Source: Bdellovibrionales bacterium (lineage in GTDB: Bacteria; Bdellovibrionota; Bdellovibrionia; Bdellovibrionales; UBA1609). From it: a DNA stretch of 64,000 bases. A program made the position numbers and the translations under genes. Below are positions 48,365-57,187 of this stretch, piece by piece. The stretch is taken from assembly GCA_965199825.1 (NCBI GenBank), contig OZ241329.1:64001-128000 (forward strand), in the 5' to 3' direction. A model generated the notes under the pieces. The model did no database searches, was not told the origin of the DNA, and saw only the letters and a list, made by a program, of their open reading frames with translations. Numbering within the stretch: position 1 is the first letter of the stretch; every line of letters starts with the position of its first letter.

Positions 48365-48433
48365 AAAGTGGTCTCCTTATTTTATAAGCCAACTTTTTAA
48401 AGATTTAAAATTTGGATGGAGTCCCGACTGCTG

Positions 48434-49597
48434 TCAAGATGTAAAGTCGGAGGGAACAAGCAGTGTGCGTGCATTGTGATGAGTCACCCGACCTAATTTA
48501 TCGCCTTTGATTGGACGCACAAAACGACACTCCGCAATCAACACTTCAACGCGGTCATATTTTTTATTCATATTCTTTAACAAAAACATCGCAGCTGTGA
48601 AGAATTCTTTATCTGTGATCGTTCGATTTTTTGATCGAAAAAGGATCGCATGACTCGAAGGCACGTCTTTCAGGTGAATCCAATAATCCCAACTTCGGGC
48701 CTGGCGAAGAAGTGTGAGATTGTCCTTGGCCGACTTTCCCACACGAAGTTCGAGCTGATCGTCCATATGAAGAGTCCGAGCTTTAAAATTTTGGGCCGAC
48801 TTTAAAATCTTTTTTTGCTCTACTGGTTTGTTGACCAACAATTCTTTGAGCCGCGATTGGGTGCGCTCAAGTTTTTGCTCCACTTGCTTGGCTTTAAAAA
48901 AAACATTTTGAATATTTTCGCTCAAAGTTTTGGTTTTATCGATAAAGGATTGGAGGTGCAGCGGAACATCTAGGGTTTGATGTTCGACCAAAAACTGACC
49001 GAGCTCACGAAAAGGCTGAGAGGTTTTTTTATCCAGTTCGGCTCTGACCTTGGCAATCGCTCTTGCATTTTTATCTTCGGCGACTTGGGGTTTGGCGATA
49101 GCTTTTTGTGCAGCCTTCCATTCGTTAAAAATATCTTGAGGTGATCTTAAAGTTTGGTCGGGCATGGCGATCTGAGGCTTCAGTTCACGAGGTTTTTCAA
49201 ACGCCACCGTTTTTTGATCATGAAAAGCCAAAATATTTAATTGCGATGGAATCAGGATCATCTGAATCCGGGCTTGATTGCTAAATTCAAGATCCAAGAC
49301 CCGCCCCAACTCCTCATTTTGCCGAATACTGAGCAAGCGTTTGTCACGAATATGGGCTGCGATAAAAAGGGTGAGTGGTTTTTTTATCGCGAGACCTTTT
49401 GGTTTTTGATCGCCCAAAAAAATGGTGGAGGTCTTAGGACGAAGATCGAGAACAATCCATTTTAAATCACCGCCGCCATAAAAGCCGAGTGAAAAAAAAT
49501 GTTGTGTGAGCTCAATTTCTTGCAGTCTTGAATGAAGCAGAGGTTCAAATGTCAAAAAAATTTGCGACAGTTCCTGTGCATTGGCCGGCTTAAACAT
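48434..49597 (-). CDS. Short NFACT (RqcH/FbpA-like) protein
   Basis: C-terminal NFACT-R VGKSAKDNxxL...DYWIHLKDVPSSHAIL; central coiled coil; start trimmed to ATG 49597. Confidence 0.8.
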   Translation of the reverse strand: MFKPANAQELSQIFLTFEPLLHSRLQEIELTQHFFSLGFYGGGDLKWIVLDLRPKTSTIFLGDQKPKGLAIKKPLTLFIAAHIRDKRLLSIRQNEELGRVLDLEFSNQARIQMILIPSQLNILAFHDQKTVAFEKPRELKPQIAMPDQTLRSPQDIFNEWKAAQKAIAKPQVAEDKNARAIAKVRAELDKKTSQPFRELGQFLVEHQTLDVPLHLQSFIDKTKTLSENIQNVFFKAKQVEQKLERTQSRLKELLVNKPVEQKKILKSAQNFKARTLHMDDQLELRVGKSAKDNLTLLRQARSWDYWIHLKDVPSSHAILFRSKNRTITDKEFFTAAMFLLKNMNKKYDRVEVLIAECRFVRPIKGDKLGRVTHHNARTLLVPSDFTS

Positions 49598-49611
49598 GTT
49601 AGGATTTGTCC

Positions 49612-49863
49612 ATGGCTGAAAGCGTCGCCGACCTTTTTGAAATTTGCAAGGTTCATCTCGATGACAAACAGTTTTTGGATGAGTTGCCCGATCAGTTTGT
49701 GATTTGGGTGAGAGATGATTATTTAAAAAATCTAAAGACTCATCATCAAATACCAACCGGATATGTTGAAGACGTGCGCGAAGAGATCGATTTGCAAATT
49801 GATCAGTGGTTAAGGGTTAAGCTTTACGGCAAAACCCTTATTGAATATCGAAAAAACCTTTAA
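49612..49863 (+). CDS. Small hypothetical protein
   Basis: Helical acidic ORF ending ...LRVKLYG...; promoter-like TGtTAGGAT 6 nt before ATG 49612. Confidence 0.65.
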   Translation: MAESVADLFEICKVHLDDKQFLDELPDQFVIWVRDDYLKNLKTHHQIPTGYVEDVREEIDLQIDQWLRVKLYGKTLIEYRKNL

Positions 49864-51182
49864 GGTTGAACCATTTTGGCTGCGGTTTTATAATCCCTAA
49901 AATTTTCGCCCAAAGTTGATTTTGTCATTTTGAGACTGACATCGTTGGCATCAGTGCGCTCAAAGTTAAACGCCGCTTTTTGATTGCTGTCGGGTTCATC
50001 GCGATGAGCATCAACAGTAACAAACACCGAGTGACAATCTTCTGTTGCACAAAGTGCTTCGACTTTTACTTTGTTCGAAATTTTCGCTTTAGTAGTAAAA
50101 TCAATCACGTTATCAAAGGTGGTCATTTTGATCACAGGCTTGTTGTCCGCACCGACTTCGATATCACCAACAGCATAAGCGGTATAAAAGTCTTTTTTGC
50201 GATCATTTTTTGGTGTGATCAGCATCATCAACGAAATGGTAATGGGTCGATTGTCAGGATTGGTAATTTGATTGGCTGATAAACCAAAGATGGTTTGCGA
50301 TGCATCTTTGCTTACGGTTGTAAGAGCGCTATCAATCACTTTTTGTACAGGATCGCTATTTGTGGCTTGCGGAGCAGCTGGTGCAGGTGCAGCGACTGCG
50401 GGTGTCGCTGCTGCGGTTGGTGCAGAGGCTGGAGTGGCTTCGGGAGCCTTATTCAAATCGGCTTTGACATCATCCGAAGCTTTAAACAAAGTGCCAACCG
50501 AAGTGTCGGTTAAACTCTTGATTTTGAAATCAGCCAATTTTTCTTGCTGAACAAAAACGTAGTAGCTTGAATCTTTATCAACACTGACCGAAACAAAAAT
50601 TTCTTTACAATCATCAGTCAAACATGCGGCTTGAACGTCGACCTGAGCAAGCGCTAGAGGCTGTCCCTCTTGGTTTTTGACCGTGTCGAATTTAACAAGC
50701 TCTAAAGGCCACTTGTCGTTCTTCATTGTAAAGGTTCCGGTTGAGAAAGCTTCAACAACTTTGCTGTCGATTTTTAAAATCGATCGAACTTCAATTTTTA
50801 AAGTTTTGTCTGCCGACTCAAGACGAGCGGGAGTGACACCCAAAATTGTTTTGACCGCATCTTGTCCATTAGCTTTGGCCTTTAGAATTTCAAGATCGGA
50901 TTTGAATTTGTCTGCTTGTTGGCCCACTTCGGTTCGGCTCACCTCTAAAGGTGTGCTTGAGACTGTTCCGCCTGAGGCTTGTGTGCCTGTGGCATGTTGA
51001 TCGGCTTGTGAAGTTGCTCCAGGCGCACCACTTGGTGTGGTCTGTGGAGTGACCGCTTTGCGATCCGCCGCTTGTGAAAGATCTGGCTTTGCTCGAAAGC
51101 TATGTTGATCTGTTGGAGCGCAACTCACAACCAAAACGGTTCCTGATACGGCAACAATAACCATAGACGTAAACGTACGCAT
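49860..51182 (-). CDS. Lipoprotein with internally duplicated beta-rich domain
   Basis: Lipobox VVSC; two copies ending in AxCxxxDCxxxFVxV separated by an Ala/Pro linker; AGGAG RBS. Confidence 0.8.
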   Translation of the reverse strand: MRTFTSMVIVAVSGTVLVVSCAPTDQHSFRAKPDLSQAADRKAVTPQTTPSGAPGATSQADQHATGTQASGGTVSSTPLEVSRTEVGQQADKFKSDLEILKAKANGQDAVKTILGVTPARLESADKTLKIEVRSILKIDSKVVEAFSTGTFTMKNDKWPLELVKFDTVKNQEGQPLALAQVDVQAACLTDDCKEIFVSVSVDKDSSYYVFVQQEKLADFKIKSLTDTSVGTLFKASDDVKADLNKAPEATPASAPTAAATPAVAAPAPAAPQATNSDPVQKVIDSALTTVSKDASQTIFGLSANQITNPDNRPITISLMMLITPKNDRKKDFYTAYAVGDIEVGADNKPVIKMTTFDNVIDFTTKAKISNKVKVEALCATEDCHSVFVTVDAHRDEPDSNQKAAFNFERTDANDVSLKMTKSTLGENFRDYKTAAKMVQP

Positions 51183-51214
51183 AATTTCTCCTCTGTTCTA
51201 CCCACATTGAGTTG

Positions 51215-51230
51215 AGCAAAGCCGATGCCG
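51215..51230 (-). promoter_or_regulatory. Sigma54 (-24/-12) promoter
   Basis: CGGCATCGGCTTTGCT equals GG-N10-GC, with GGCA and TTGC consensus bases, 33 nt upstream of the lipoprotein ATG. Confidence 0.65.
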
Positions 51231-51357
51231 TCTTCATTCGGCTCTAAACCATTTAGGTTTTATCAGGTGCCGTTTTTGGGCTTTTCACTCTGCCAAAGTT
51301 TGGCTCTTTTGCTGTCATCGTGACTTCAATTGGGATGTGATATTCAATGCGCGACCT

Positions 51358-52437
51358 ATGACATATCTATTAGTTATATTTTATTTAGTTCAGTTTGCTC
51401 AGGCGATGCCTTTGAGCTCTTTTCCTTTTTTAAAAGGATATGTGGCCGAACGCTCCGAAGAATCACCCTTTGCCCATTTTGGCTTTTTTGAGCCTCAGAC
51501 GGCTTTGCGCTATTCGGCTCAAGACCTCCAGGGTCTCGATATTCTTAATGACTGGGTGGTGAATAATAAAAGTTTAACCAAATCGAGTCGTATGGTCTTT
51601 GGTCATTTTATCAATTCAAGTGTTGAAGGTAGAACTCCCCTTCCCTCTCGTGAATCTGCAATACGAGAATCGATTTTAAAGATGATGGTTGATGCACCCT
51701 GGGTCCATCACAATTATCTCGATGTGTTCTCTGGCCGACTGAAAATAGCTTGGCATCTCACAGCCGCCGAAACTGGTATTCCGCCCCAAAAACTTTTTGA
51801 AGTGCTCGATCTCTTTTTAAATCGTGAGCCTGAAGATGTATTAGTGGGTTTGCTGAACCGAAAATTAGACCAAAGAATGCTTGATGGGGTCAAAGATCGG
51901 GTCTTCCAAAAATTTTACTCTCATGTGCTGGTATTTTCACCTTTGATGGCCAAAAAAATCCACTACCAATTGATTGGGAGATATCGCCAGCTTCAACAGT
52001 TTAATTTGGAGCGAAAGCAAAACTACAATAGCTCGGTGGCATATCAACCCGCACTAAAAAAAGTTTTTGGCTATGAACATCTGGACGAGGCATTGAGCTT
52101 TGGATTTCGAAGAGAAGAAGATTTTAACATGATCGTCGAGCGCTATTTCAATACGATTAAAAAGCTAGAAGAATTTCAATCGCGACTGGCTTGGGTCTCG
52201 GCATCGAGCTTTGACTTAACCCTTAAAACCTACATCTTAGATGTCTTAACACAACTGCGGAGCGAACTGCTTACCCTTCCCGCACGCTTAAGTTTTATAG
52301 AGTCGCGGAGCAATCAGAATCCGCAGAATGTCAGTTGGTTTTTGATTCAGCCCAACAAACAAAAAACCGGTTTTGATTCTCTAGCCGAATGGGCACGGTA
52401 CTTGAACGTTCGTCAATGCAACAAACTGCTCGAGTAA
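51358..52437 (+). CDS. Hypothetical secreted helical protein with C-terminal CxxLL
   Basis: Signal MTYLLVIFYLVQFAQA|; the only Cys is in the terminal QCNKLLE. Confidence 0.75.
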   Translation: MTYLLVIFYLVQFAQAMPLSSFPFLKGYVAERSEESPFAHFGFFEPQTALRYSAQDLQGLDILNDWVVNNKSLTKSSRMVFGHFINSSVEGRTPLPSRESAIRESILKMMVDAPWVHHNYLDVFSGRLKIAWHLTAAETGIPPQKLFEVLDLFLNREPEDVLVGLLNRKLDQRMLDGVKDRVFQKFYSHVLVFSPLMAKKIHYQLIGRYRQLQQFNLERKQNYNSSVAYQPALKKVFGYEHLDEALSFGFRREEDFNMIVERYFNTIKKLEEFQSRLAWVSASSFDLTLKTYILDVLTQLRSELLTLPARLSFIESRSNQNPQNVSWFLIQPNKQKTGFDSLAEWARYLNVRQCNKLLE

Positions 52438-52440
52438 AAT

Positions 52441-54333
52441 CTAATTGAGATCCTCGATATTGCTAAGGGGTGCAAGACATCGCCCTTCGTAACAAACCTG
52501 AATTTTTAATGGGGATGGAGTCTCAGTCGAAATCACAAGCTGATAGGGATTAAATTCTTTAGCAAGCGTGAGCCTCGCCTTTTCAATTTCGGTCTTGGGC
52601 CCTTCAATCTCAATCACCGCCACATCATGGATATAAAAATCGTAAGCGAGCAGCAAATAAGACATCGAAAGAGATCGATCGTTCAGCATCAGTTTAAAAA
52701 TATCTTCGGCTCTTCTCTTATATTTTGAATCTTGTGTGAGATGATAAAGTCTCAACAAATTCATCGCCGATAAAGAATTCGAACTCGGCCTGACACCATC
52801 TTGATCATCTTTGAGGCGCACCACCAGGGTTTGGTCTTGACCATCATCGCGAAAGTATCCCAGTCCTTGATCATCCCAAAAGAGTTGGTCTTGGATCTGT
52901 TGTAGATTTTGAGCCTGACTCAAAAATTCTTTTTCGCCACTCGAAAGATATATATCGAGAAGTGCCGCAACCATCGCAGCGTAGTCATCCGAGAATCCAG
53001 AGATTTCGGCAGCACCCTCACGAAAACGGCGATACAAGCGATCGTTTTTAAATAACTCAGACATCACAAAATGGGCGGATCGTTTGGCAATATCCAAAAA
53101 TCGCAGATCTTGGAGTGTGCGAGATGCTAGAGCGAAGGATGAAATCATCCAGCCATTCCAGGCGGTCAAGATTTTATCATCTGTTAATGGCAGCGGCTTT
53201 TGTAAGCGCAATTTTTTGAGTTTGATTTTGATTTCTTTGAGATCTTGCCAATCGCCGGCCAAATAAAGAACATTGCGACCCTCAAAGTTTCCGTCAATTT
53301 TAATCCCATAAACATCTTTTATTTGTTGAATTTGATCGGGATTGAATGCGGCTTCAAGTTCGGTCCAAGTGTAAGTTGCAAAATAACCCTCCTCCATTTT
53401 TTGAGTCTGAGGGTCGAGACTGTCGGCATCTTGGGCCGAATAAAATCCACCTTGGGGATGGGTCATTTCGTCTGACACATAATTTAAAATTTCAGTCGCA
53501 ATCCGTATGAATTCGGGATCTTTAAATTTTTGAAATCCCTCTAGATAAATTCTGCTGAGCCAAGCTTGGTCATAAAGCATTTTCTCAAAATGAGGCACCG
53601 TCCAAGTTCGATCGGTCGAGTAGCGATGAAATCCACCATGGAGCTGATCATACATCCCCCCACGCAGCATCGCGGTCAGTGTCGATCGCACCATCTCGGG
53701 CTTATTCAGCCTTAATAACAGCATCAGGTTCATCGACTGCGGAAATTTAGGGGCTCTTCCAAATCCAGCTTCTTGTTTGTCGTAATTTTGTTCATGCCAG
53801 TTTTTGAAACTCTCGAGATAGGCCGATCCATCAAGCGGCTCTTTGTCGTTTGGAGTTGTAAGTTTAAGGTGCTGATACAAAGTTTCGGCGTCGCCTTTAA
53901 GTTCGGTCGCATTCGACTTCCATAAATCGGCAATCCGCTGATTGAGGCCAATAAAATTTTGTTTAGGAAAGTATGTCCCGCCAAAAAAAGGTTTGGCCTC
54001 AGGGGTTAACCACATCGAAAGAGGCCAGCCCCCTTGCACACCCAGCGAATGGAGTGCGGTCATGTAGATGTCGTCCACATCGGGCCGCTCTTCGCGGTCG
54101 ACTTTGATACAAACAAAATTCTGATTTAAAACATTGGCAACATCTTGGCTTTCAAAAGATTCGTGAGCCATCACATGACACCAATGGCAAGTGGCATAGC
54201 CGATCGATAAAAATATCGGCTTGTTATTTTGTTTGGCAGTGTCAAAGGCCTGTTGATCCCAGGGTTGCCACTCAACAGGATTTGTTTTGTGTTGCAAAAG
54301 ATAAGGGGATTTTTGTTGCGCAAGGCGATTCAT
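52441..54333 (-). CDS. Thioredoxin-domain YyaL/SPATA20-family protein
   Basis: [41 protein letters not shown] and [10 protein letters not shown] motifs. Confidence 0.94.
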   Translation of the reverse strand: MNRLAQQKSPYLLQHKTNPVEWQPWDQQAFDTAKQNNKPIFLSIGYATCHWCHVMAHESFESQDVANVLNQNFVCIKVDREERPDVDDIYMTALHSLGVQGGWPLSMWLTPEAKPFFGGTYFPKQNFIGLNQRIADLWKSNATELKGDAETLYQHLKLTTPNDKEPLDGSAYLESFKNWHEQNYDKQEAGFGRAPKFPQSMNLMLLLRLNKPEMVRSTLTAMLRGGMYDQLHGGFHRYSTDRTWTVPHFEKMLYDQAWLSRIYLEGFQKFKDPEFIRIATEILNYVSDEMTHPQGGFYSAQDADSLDPQTQKMEEGYFATYTWTELEAAFNPDQIQQIKDVYGIKIDGNFEGRNVLYLAGDWQDLKEIKIKLKKLRLQKPLPLTDDKILTAWNGWMISSFALASRTLQDLRFLDIAKRSAHFVMSELFKNDRLYRRFREGAAEISGFSDDYAAMVAALLDIYLSSGEKEFLSQAQNLQQIQDQLFWDDQGLGYFRDDGQDQTLVVRLKDDQDGVRPSSNSLSAMNLLRLYHLTQDSKYKRRAEDIFKLMLNDRSLSMSYLLLAYDFYIHDVAVIEIEGPKTEIEKARLTLAKEFNPYQLVISTETPSPLKIQVCYEGRCLAPLSNIEDLN

Positions 54334-54953
54334 AATTTAAGAACCGAAACCAAATTGTGCCCGTGGTTGAAATCTTCGATTACTCTTAGGCATTCCATAC
54401 CGGCGGCGTGGGCGGCTTCGATCCCCAATATGCCGTCTTCAAAAACCAAACACTCTTTAGGATTTACGTTTAAAGCTTTTGCCGCTTGCAAAAAACAATC
54501 GGGAGCAGGTTTGCCCATCAGATAATCTTCGGCCGCCACAATCACATCAAAATATTTTTTGAGTTTCAGATGCTCCATGGTCGACAGGATCGGCTGACGA
54601 CGACTGCCCGAGACAATCGCCATCGGAATTTTGCCATGATATTCACGGATAATGTCCACCACCGGAATCACCTCGGTCACACTCGCGATGCCATTGAGAT
54701 AATGGGTGGATTTATTTTTTAAAATTTCATCAGCCGATAATTTGATCTTGTGAAGCTCTGAAAGTCGCTCGATGATCGCTCGCGTGGGCATGCCTGCCCA
54801 TTCTCGATGCTGATCTACAGTAAGAGTTAGATTGTAGACCGAAAGGGCCTCATCCCAAGCCTTTTGGTGGAGCGGCATGGTGTCGGCCACGGTGCCATCA
54901 AAATCAAAAAGAAACGCCTTAAACTCAATATCTGGAAAAAAATCTTTAATCAT
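54330..54953 (-). CDS. HAD-family phosphatase (YqaB/beta-PGM-like)
   Basis: FDFDGT, GKPAPD and FEDGILG motifs. Confidence 0.92.
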   Translation of the reverse strand: MIKDFFPDIEFKAFLFDFDGTVADTMPLHQKAWDEALSVYNLTLTVDQHREWAGMPTRAIIERLSELHKIKLSADEILKNKSTHYLNGIASVTEVIPVVDIIREYHGKIPMAIVSGSRRQPILSTMEHLKLKKYFDVIVAAEDYLMGKPAPDCFLQAAKALNVNPKECLVFEDGILGIEAAHAAGMECLRVIEDFNHGHNLVSVLKL

Positions 54954-55054
54954 TGCTGAGTTTTACTCAACTTTTTTTGGTTTGTCGATGTGGCTCCGGA
55001 TTAGACGGTGATTTTAAATTTAAGTTTTGATACTTGAAATGCTTCTCTTTTAGA

Positions 55055-55131
55055 GACCACGTAGCTCAGTTGGATAGAGCGGCAGTTTCCTAAACTGTAG
55101 GTCGCAAGTTCAATCCTTGCCGTGGTCGCCA
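55055..55131 (+). tRNA. tRNA-Arg (CCT)
   Basis: GACCACGTAGCTCAGTTGGATAGAGCGGCAGTTTCCTAAACTGTAGGTCGCAAGTTCAATCCTTGCCGTGGTCGCCA; acceptor stem GACCACG/CGTGGTC; encoded CCA. Confidence 0.95.
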
Positions 55132-55246
55132 ATACTGCAATTCCGTCGACACGTCTTCCTGACTCGACAAATTGGCAATCAGCATCCAAGCTGATTGGCC
55201 CCTTTGGGGCTTCCCAATTTGAGGTCGACTGCATTGCAGTATTGGC
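55128..55246. repeat. ~119-nt structured element bounded by a perfect 14-bp inverted repeat
   Basis: GCCAATACTGCAAT (55128-55141)/ATTGCAGTATTGGC (55233-55246), plus nested stems GTCGAC/GTCGAC, CAAATTGG/CCAATTTG, CAATCAGC/GCTGATTG and GCCCC/GGGGC. Confidence 0.8.
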
Positions 55247-55252
55247 TCCTTT

Positions 55253-55858
55253 TTATCGTGGATCAATGAGGACGAGGCGTCCATTTCGAATATCCACGAC
55301 GTGATTGAAATCAACAGACTCATGCTCATTGGCGAACCATTCTGAAATTTCTATTGCTAAACCATAGTCCATTCCGAACTCATTCAGATGAGTTTCGCTT
55401 GAGATGATTTCGGTTTGAACACCAGGTACGAATTCTAAATAGAGCAGTCGCTGGTCAACACCATAGGCTTGAAGGTCAACGTATTTGCCAGCTTCGATAT
55501 AAATATCAGACTTTCGATAAAATTCTTTAATCACTCGAGCTCCGTGTTTTGTTTCGACCACATAAACAATTCCCTCGGATCCAGCACCTAAGATGGCAAT
55601 CACTCGGAATGTTTCATCCTTAAATTTGATAACCGATCTGACCGGAAGCCCAGAGTTAATAAAATCGGGTGATTGCAATGCTCGCTCTTTTGATTCGATA
55701 AGAAAATTGCGAAATACGATTCGTAATGGAACTCGAAATCGACGAGGATACGAATCTAAGAGTTGAAGGCATGATCGCTTTGTCACTGCCCTATCTATCC
55801 AGTCTGCACTTTTTGCGGCGAGATTCATATTGATTACAAGTATGAGCACTATAAACAA
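55253..55858 (-). CDS. Secreted minimal protein-kinase-like protein
   Basis: Hydrophobic N-terminus; ILGAGSEGIVY glycine loop, VIKEF lysine, LEFVPG hinge, terminal N...LVLID; AAGGAG RBS before TTG. Confidence 0.65.
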   Translation of the reverse strand: MFIVLILVINMNLAAKSADWIDRAVTKRSCLQLLDSYPRRFRVPLRIVFRNFLIESKERALQSPDFINSGLPVRSVIKFKDETFRVIAILGAGSEGIVYVVETKHGARVIKEFYRKSDIYIEAGKYVDLQAYGVDQRLLYLEFVPGVQTEIISSETHLNEFGMDYGLAIEISEWFANEHESVDFNHVVDIRNGRLVLIDPR

Positions 55859-56207
55859 ATTTTAATTTCTCCTTTCAAATCAGTTTTAGATTATCTGCGA
55901 ATTTCAACCTAATATTCGATCCTATCTTTTGCAATCCAAACACTTTTGAGCAGCAGGGTTTGGAAAATATAAAAAGAATTACAAATTTAGTTTATGCATC
56001 GCCTGATTTTTTGAGCTCACACATGCTGCAAAGATGAACTTTTAATAAAAATAAGTTTTGTCCCCGGGTTCACACACTCACAAGTGACAGAACACATAGG
56101 CTCTTCAAAAAGGATCGTTTTTTGAATACGTTTCGCTCGGCATGGGCTAGCAGTGGTCTGAGTCCTGCAGTAAAAAGAGATCACATTAATAACCTTGTGG
56201 AGTGTGC

Positions 56208-56621
56208 ATGCGATTTTCGATTTTGAATCTGCTTTTTATCTTCGTTTCCCTAACGCCTTTTGCCACTGCCAGCACTCAGACCTACAACTGGATCTATGTC
56301 CCATTTCAAGAGTCCCATTGCGCTCGCCTCAATGCCGACGGAACAGAGGCCGAAAAAGTCGATAATAGCAAATGCTCTCAAGAGGGATTGAGTCTAAGTT
56401 GGCATTACATGGTGACCGGCTTTGAATGTTCTCTTATCTCACCCATCAATTCCTACTTTTTTATTCTTGTGGATAATTCTCGCTGCGGAATTCCGGCGAA
56501 TGCTTACTACAAGCGGCAACGAAAGGGGTTAGGACCGAAGGATTTTGAATGTGTGATGAAGACGCGCGACAGTGAGTTCTTTTACGTTCGGGTGGCCGAC
56601 ACATTTTGCTCTCTAGACTAA
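56208..56621 (+). CDS. Secreted Cys-rich protein with three tandem repeats
   Basis: Signal peptide; three C...V(D/A)xxxC units; GGAG RBS before ATG 56208. Confidence 0.75.
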   Translation: MRFSILNLLFIFVSLTPFATASTQTYNWIYVPFQESHCARLNADGTEAEKVDNSKCSQEGLSLSWHYMVTGFECSLISPINSYFFILVDNSRCGIPANAYYKRQRKGLGPKDFECVMKTRDSEFFYVRVADTFCSLD

Positions 56622-56715
56622 ATTGAGCAATGCCATCGGGTGCTACAAATCAGTTGCAGGCCAAAACAAAAAGATGATTAAATTTTAAAATAATTTCTAA
56701 TCATCGGGGATAAAA

Positions 56716-57066
56716 ATGAAACGTCTTTTGTTTTTGGGTTTGTGTTTGCAACTGGTGGGATGTGCCTCAGCAAAATTGATCGAGAGCCGTTATGAGCCCG
56801 TCAAAGGCGGAGTGGTCAAGTTCAAGCCCGAGATGATGGGGAAAGAAACCAGTGCGGATAAAGCCAAAAACATCATGTCTGACTTTTGTGCGCCCGCTAA
56901 ATATGTGGTGGTACAACAAAATCAGACCGAAGAAATCACAGGATACAGCTCAAACACCAATTCAAGCCAAAATGGCAGTTTTGCAAACCAACACACAACC
57001 ATAAATCCCTTAAGCCAAGAATACACTTTTATTCATTTTCGTTGTGGAGCGGGCAAAACCAAATAG
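56716..57066 (+). CDS. Small hypothetical lipoprotein
   Basis: Lipobox LVGC; two additional Cys (MSDFC, FRC). Confidence 0.8.
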   Translation: MKRLLFLGLCLQLVGCASAKLIESRYEPVKGGVVKFKPEMMGKETSADKAKNIMSDFCAPAKYVVVQQNQTEEITGYSSNTNSSQNGSFANQHTTINPLSQEYTFIHFRCGAGKTK

Positions 57067-57187
57067 CCGGTCATTGTACCTTCGATCACACTCGACATGT
57101 TTGCCGATCTGGTGTCGGGTGTGTAAATGATTTCAGGATCTCTTTTGAGCGCCTCGTGCCTTAAATCTTATGGTATGACCGCACACC

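Noticed and set aside
55001..55329. Three short ORFs across tRNA-Arg and its trailer
   Set aside because: They overlap a clear tRNA and the inverted-repeat element; no coding signals.
55859..56200. Possible remnant ORF in the ~340-bp intergenic region
   Set aside because: Only short frames interrupted by stops; too little evidence for a pseudogene.
57087..57123. Hairpin CACACTCGACA...TGTCGGGTGTG as an integron attC site
   Set aside because: Lacks RYYYAAC/GTTRRRY ends, has no second copy and no integrase; probably an mRNA 3' stem-loop.
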